Source of the DNA: Eledone cirrhosa | Taxonomy: Eukaryota | Direction: 5' to 3' | Assembly (NCBI GenBank): GCA_964016885.1 | Contig: OZ024744.1 | Location: forward strand, 127,844,001 to 127,908,000 | DNA length: 64,000 nucleotides | Part shown: positions 62,301 to 64,000 of the stretch, piece by piece | Layout: every line of letters starts with the position of its first letter | How positions within the stretch are numbered: position 1 is the first letter of the stretch | Program-made: the position numbers and the translations under genes | Notes under the pieces: model-generated | Told to the model about the DNA's origin: nothing | The model's input: only the letters and a program-made list of their open reading frames with translations | Databases searched by the model: none

Positions 62301-64000
62301 ATTAAGTTGGGGTTAAGTTAAGTTGGGGTTAATTTAAGTTGGGGTTAAGTTAAGTTGGGGTTAAGTTAAGTTGGAGTTAAGTCAAGTTGGGGTTAAGTCA
62401 AGTTGCGGTTAAGTCAAGTTGGGGTTAAGTCAAGTTGGGGTTAAGTTAAGTTGGGGTTAAGTTAAGTTGGGGTTAAGTTAAGTTGGGGGTAAGTTAAGTT
62501 GGGTGTAAGTTAAGTTGGGGTTAAGTTAAGTTGGGGTTCAGTTCAGTTGGGGTTAAGTTGGGGTTAAGTTAAGCTGGGGGTAAGTTAAGTTGGGGTTAAG
62601 TTAAGTTGGAGTTAAGTTAAGTTGGGGTTAAGTTAAGTTGGGTTTAAGTTAAGTTGGAGTTAAGTTAAGTTGGAGTTAAGTTAAGTTGGGGTTAAGCTAA
62701 GTTGGGGTTAAGCTAAGTTGGGGTTAAGTTAATTTGGGGCTGAGTTAAGTTGGGGTTAAGTTAAGTTCGGGTTGAGTTAAGTTGGGGTTAAGTTAAGTTG
62801 GGGTTAAGTTAAGTTGGGGTTAAGTTAAGTTGGGGTTAAGATAAGTTGGGGTTAAGTTAAGTTGGGGTTAATTTAAGTTGGGGTTGAGTTAATTTTGGTT
62901 TAAGTTAAGTTGGGCTTAACTTTAGTTGGGGTTAAGTTGGGGTTAAGTTAAGTTGGGGTTAAGTTAAGTTGGGGGTAAGTTAAGTTGGGGGCAAGTTAAG
63001 TTGGGGTTAATTTAAGTTGGGGTTAAGTTAAGTTGGGGTTATGTTAAGTCGGGGTTAAGTGAAGTTGGGGGTAACTTAAGTTGGGGTTAAGTTAATTTGA
63101 GGGTAAGTTAAGTTGGGGTTAAGTTAAGTTGGGGGTAAGTTAAGTTGAGGGTAAGTTAAGTTGGGGTTAAGTTAAGTTGGGGTTAAATTAAGTTGAGGTT
63201 AAGTTAAGTTGGGGTTAAGTTAAGTTGGGGGTAAGATAAGTTGGGGGTAAGATAAGTTGGGGCTAATTTAACAAGGGGCTAAGTCAAGTTGGGGTTAATT
63301 CAAGTTGAGGTTAACTTAAGTTGGGGTTAAGTTAAGTTGGGGTTAAGTTAAGTTGGGGTTAAGGTAAGTTGGGGTTATGTTAAGTTGGGGCTAAGTTAAG
63401 TTGGGGTTAATTTAAGTTGGGGTTAAGTTACGTTGGGGTTAAGATAAGTTGGGGTTAAGTTAAGTTGGGGTTAAGTTAAGTTGGGGTTGAGTTAATTTGG
63501 GGTTAAGTTAAGTTGGGGTTAACTTAAGTTGGGGTTAAGTTGGGGTTAAGTTAAGTTGGGGGTAGGTTAAGTTGGGGGCAAGTTAAGTTGGGGTTAAGTT
63601 AAGTTGGGGTTAAGTTAAGTTGAGGGTAAGTTAAGTCGGGGTTAAGTTAAGTTGGGGTTAATTTAAGTTGAGGTTAAGTTAAGTTGGGGTTAAGGTAAGT
63701 TGGGGTTAAGTTAATTTGCGGTTAAGTTAGGTTGTGGGTTAAGTTAAGTTGGGGTTAAGTTAAGCTGGGGTTAAGTTGGGGTAAGTTAAGTTGGGGGTAA
63801 GTTAAGTTGGGGTTAAGTTAAGTTGGGGTTAAGTTAAGTTGGGGTTAAGTTAAGTTGGGGTTAAGTTAAGTTGGGGTTGAGTTAAGTTGGGGTTGAGTTA
63901 AGTTGGGGTTAAGTTAAGTTGGGGTTAAGTTAAGTTGGGGTTAAGTTAAGTTGGGGTTAAGTTAAGCTGGGGTTAAGTTGGGGTAAGTTAAGTTGGGGGT
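38350..64000 (+). repeat. Subdomain with ~4.8-5.1 kb higher-order unit
   Basis: AAAATGT(G/T)G at 40088, 44952, 52763, 56720, 61792. GGGTATAAG at 39068, 43948, 51759. AGCCTTAAC at 43121, 47888, 50948, 55667. Confidence 0.85.
40250..55820 (+). repeat. Near-identical ~7.8 kb tandem duplication (~40.25-48.05 kb vs ~48.08-55.82 kb)
   Basis: Offset 7827: TAGGGGCT 41141/48968, TTACGG 41414/49241, AGCC 43121/50948. Offset 7811: GGGTATA 43948/51759, AAAATG 44952/52763. Offset 7779: TGAAGATAAG 46027/53806, AGCC 47888/55667. Confidence 0.9.

Larger units (their letters stand above)
1..64000 (+). repeat. Tandem satellite array, 16-bp monomer TTAAGTTAAGTTGGGG, ~4,000 head-to-tail copies, extends beyond both window edges
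   Basis: Every line reads as this monomer or a variant with a few substitutions or short indels. Length variants include an 11-mer TTAAGTTGGGG, 15-mers and 17-mers (e.g. TTAAAG). No orientation switch (no CCCC tracts on +) and no non-repeat sequence were seen. Copy number is 64000/16. Confidence 0.99.

Noticed and set aside
1-64000. Protein-coding ORF
   Set aside because: TTAA places TAA on both strands twice per monomer, and the 16-bp period cycles it through all frames (consensus translation LS*VGVKLSWG*VKLG). Under a ciliate code TAA would read through, but frequent non-triplet indels (11-, 15-, 17-mers) and TGA-creating variants show no frame conservation.
1-64000. CRISPR array
   Set aside because: There are no unique spacers; repeats are directly adjacent and only 16 bp long.
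1-64000. Canonical telomere tract (TTAGGG, TTAGG or TTGGGG)n
   Set aside because: TTGGGG is never tandem, and TTAGGG/TTAGG occur only as isolated variants. The conserved long-range variant order argues against recent telomerase synthesis.
1-64000. Pure sequencing or basecalling artefact
   Set aside because: Complex variants recur at consistent kb-scale offsets, which random error would not produce. Local misassembly of copy number cannot be excluded.
1-64000. Variant order as an encoded message or information-storage system
   Set aside because: The pattern is explained by nested duplication of mutated monomers, and no associated machinery is visible in the window.

Overview
The whole 64 kb window is one uninterrupted tandem array of a 16-bp monomer, consensus TTAAGTTAAGTTGGGG (+ strand; CCCCAACTTAACTTAA on - strand). 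That is about 4,000 copies, all in one orientation, and the array runs off both ends. I found no unique sequence, genes, RNA genes, transposon insertions or CRISPR spacers. The monomer is built 5+5+6 (TTAAG, TTAAG, TTGGGG) and is telomere-like in composition: G/T-rich, with no C on the + strand consensus. The informative content lies in rare variant monomers, which recur in a conserved order. They reveal nested duplications at offsets of 16 bp, ~0.5-0.65 kb, ~1.5 kb, ~3.4 kb, ~4.4-5 kb, ~7-7.8 kb and ~11.5 kb, and two subdomains with different marker sets meeting near 38.3 kb. The best interpretation is a eukaryotic satellite (centromeric, pericentromeric or subtelomeric), possibly telomere-derived, maintained by unequal exchange or segmental copying rather than fresh telomerase synthesis. 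Organism and chromosomal position cannot be determined from the window. Coordinates and offsets were counted by eye, and block boundaries are approximate.
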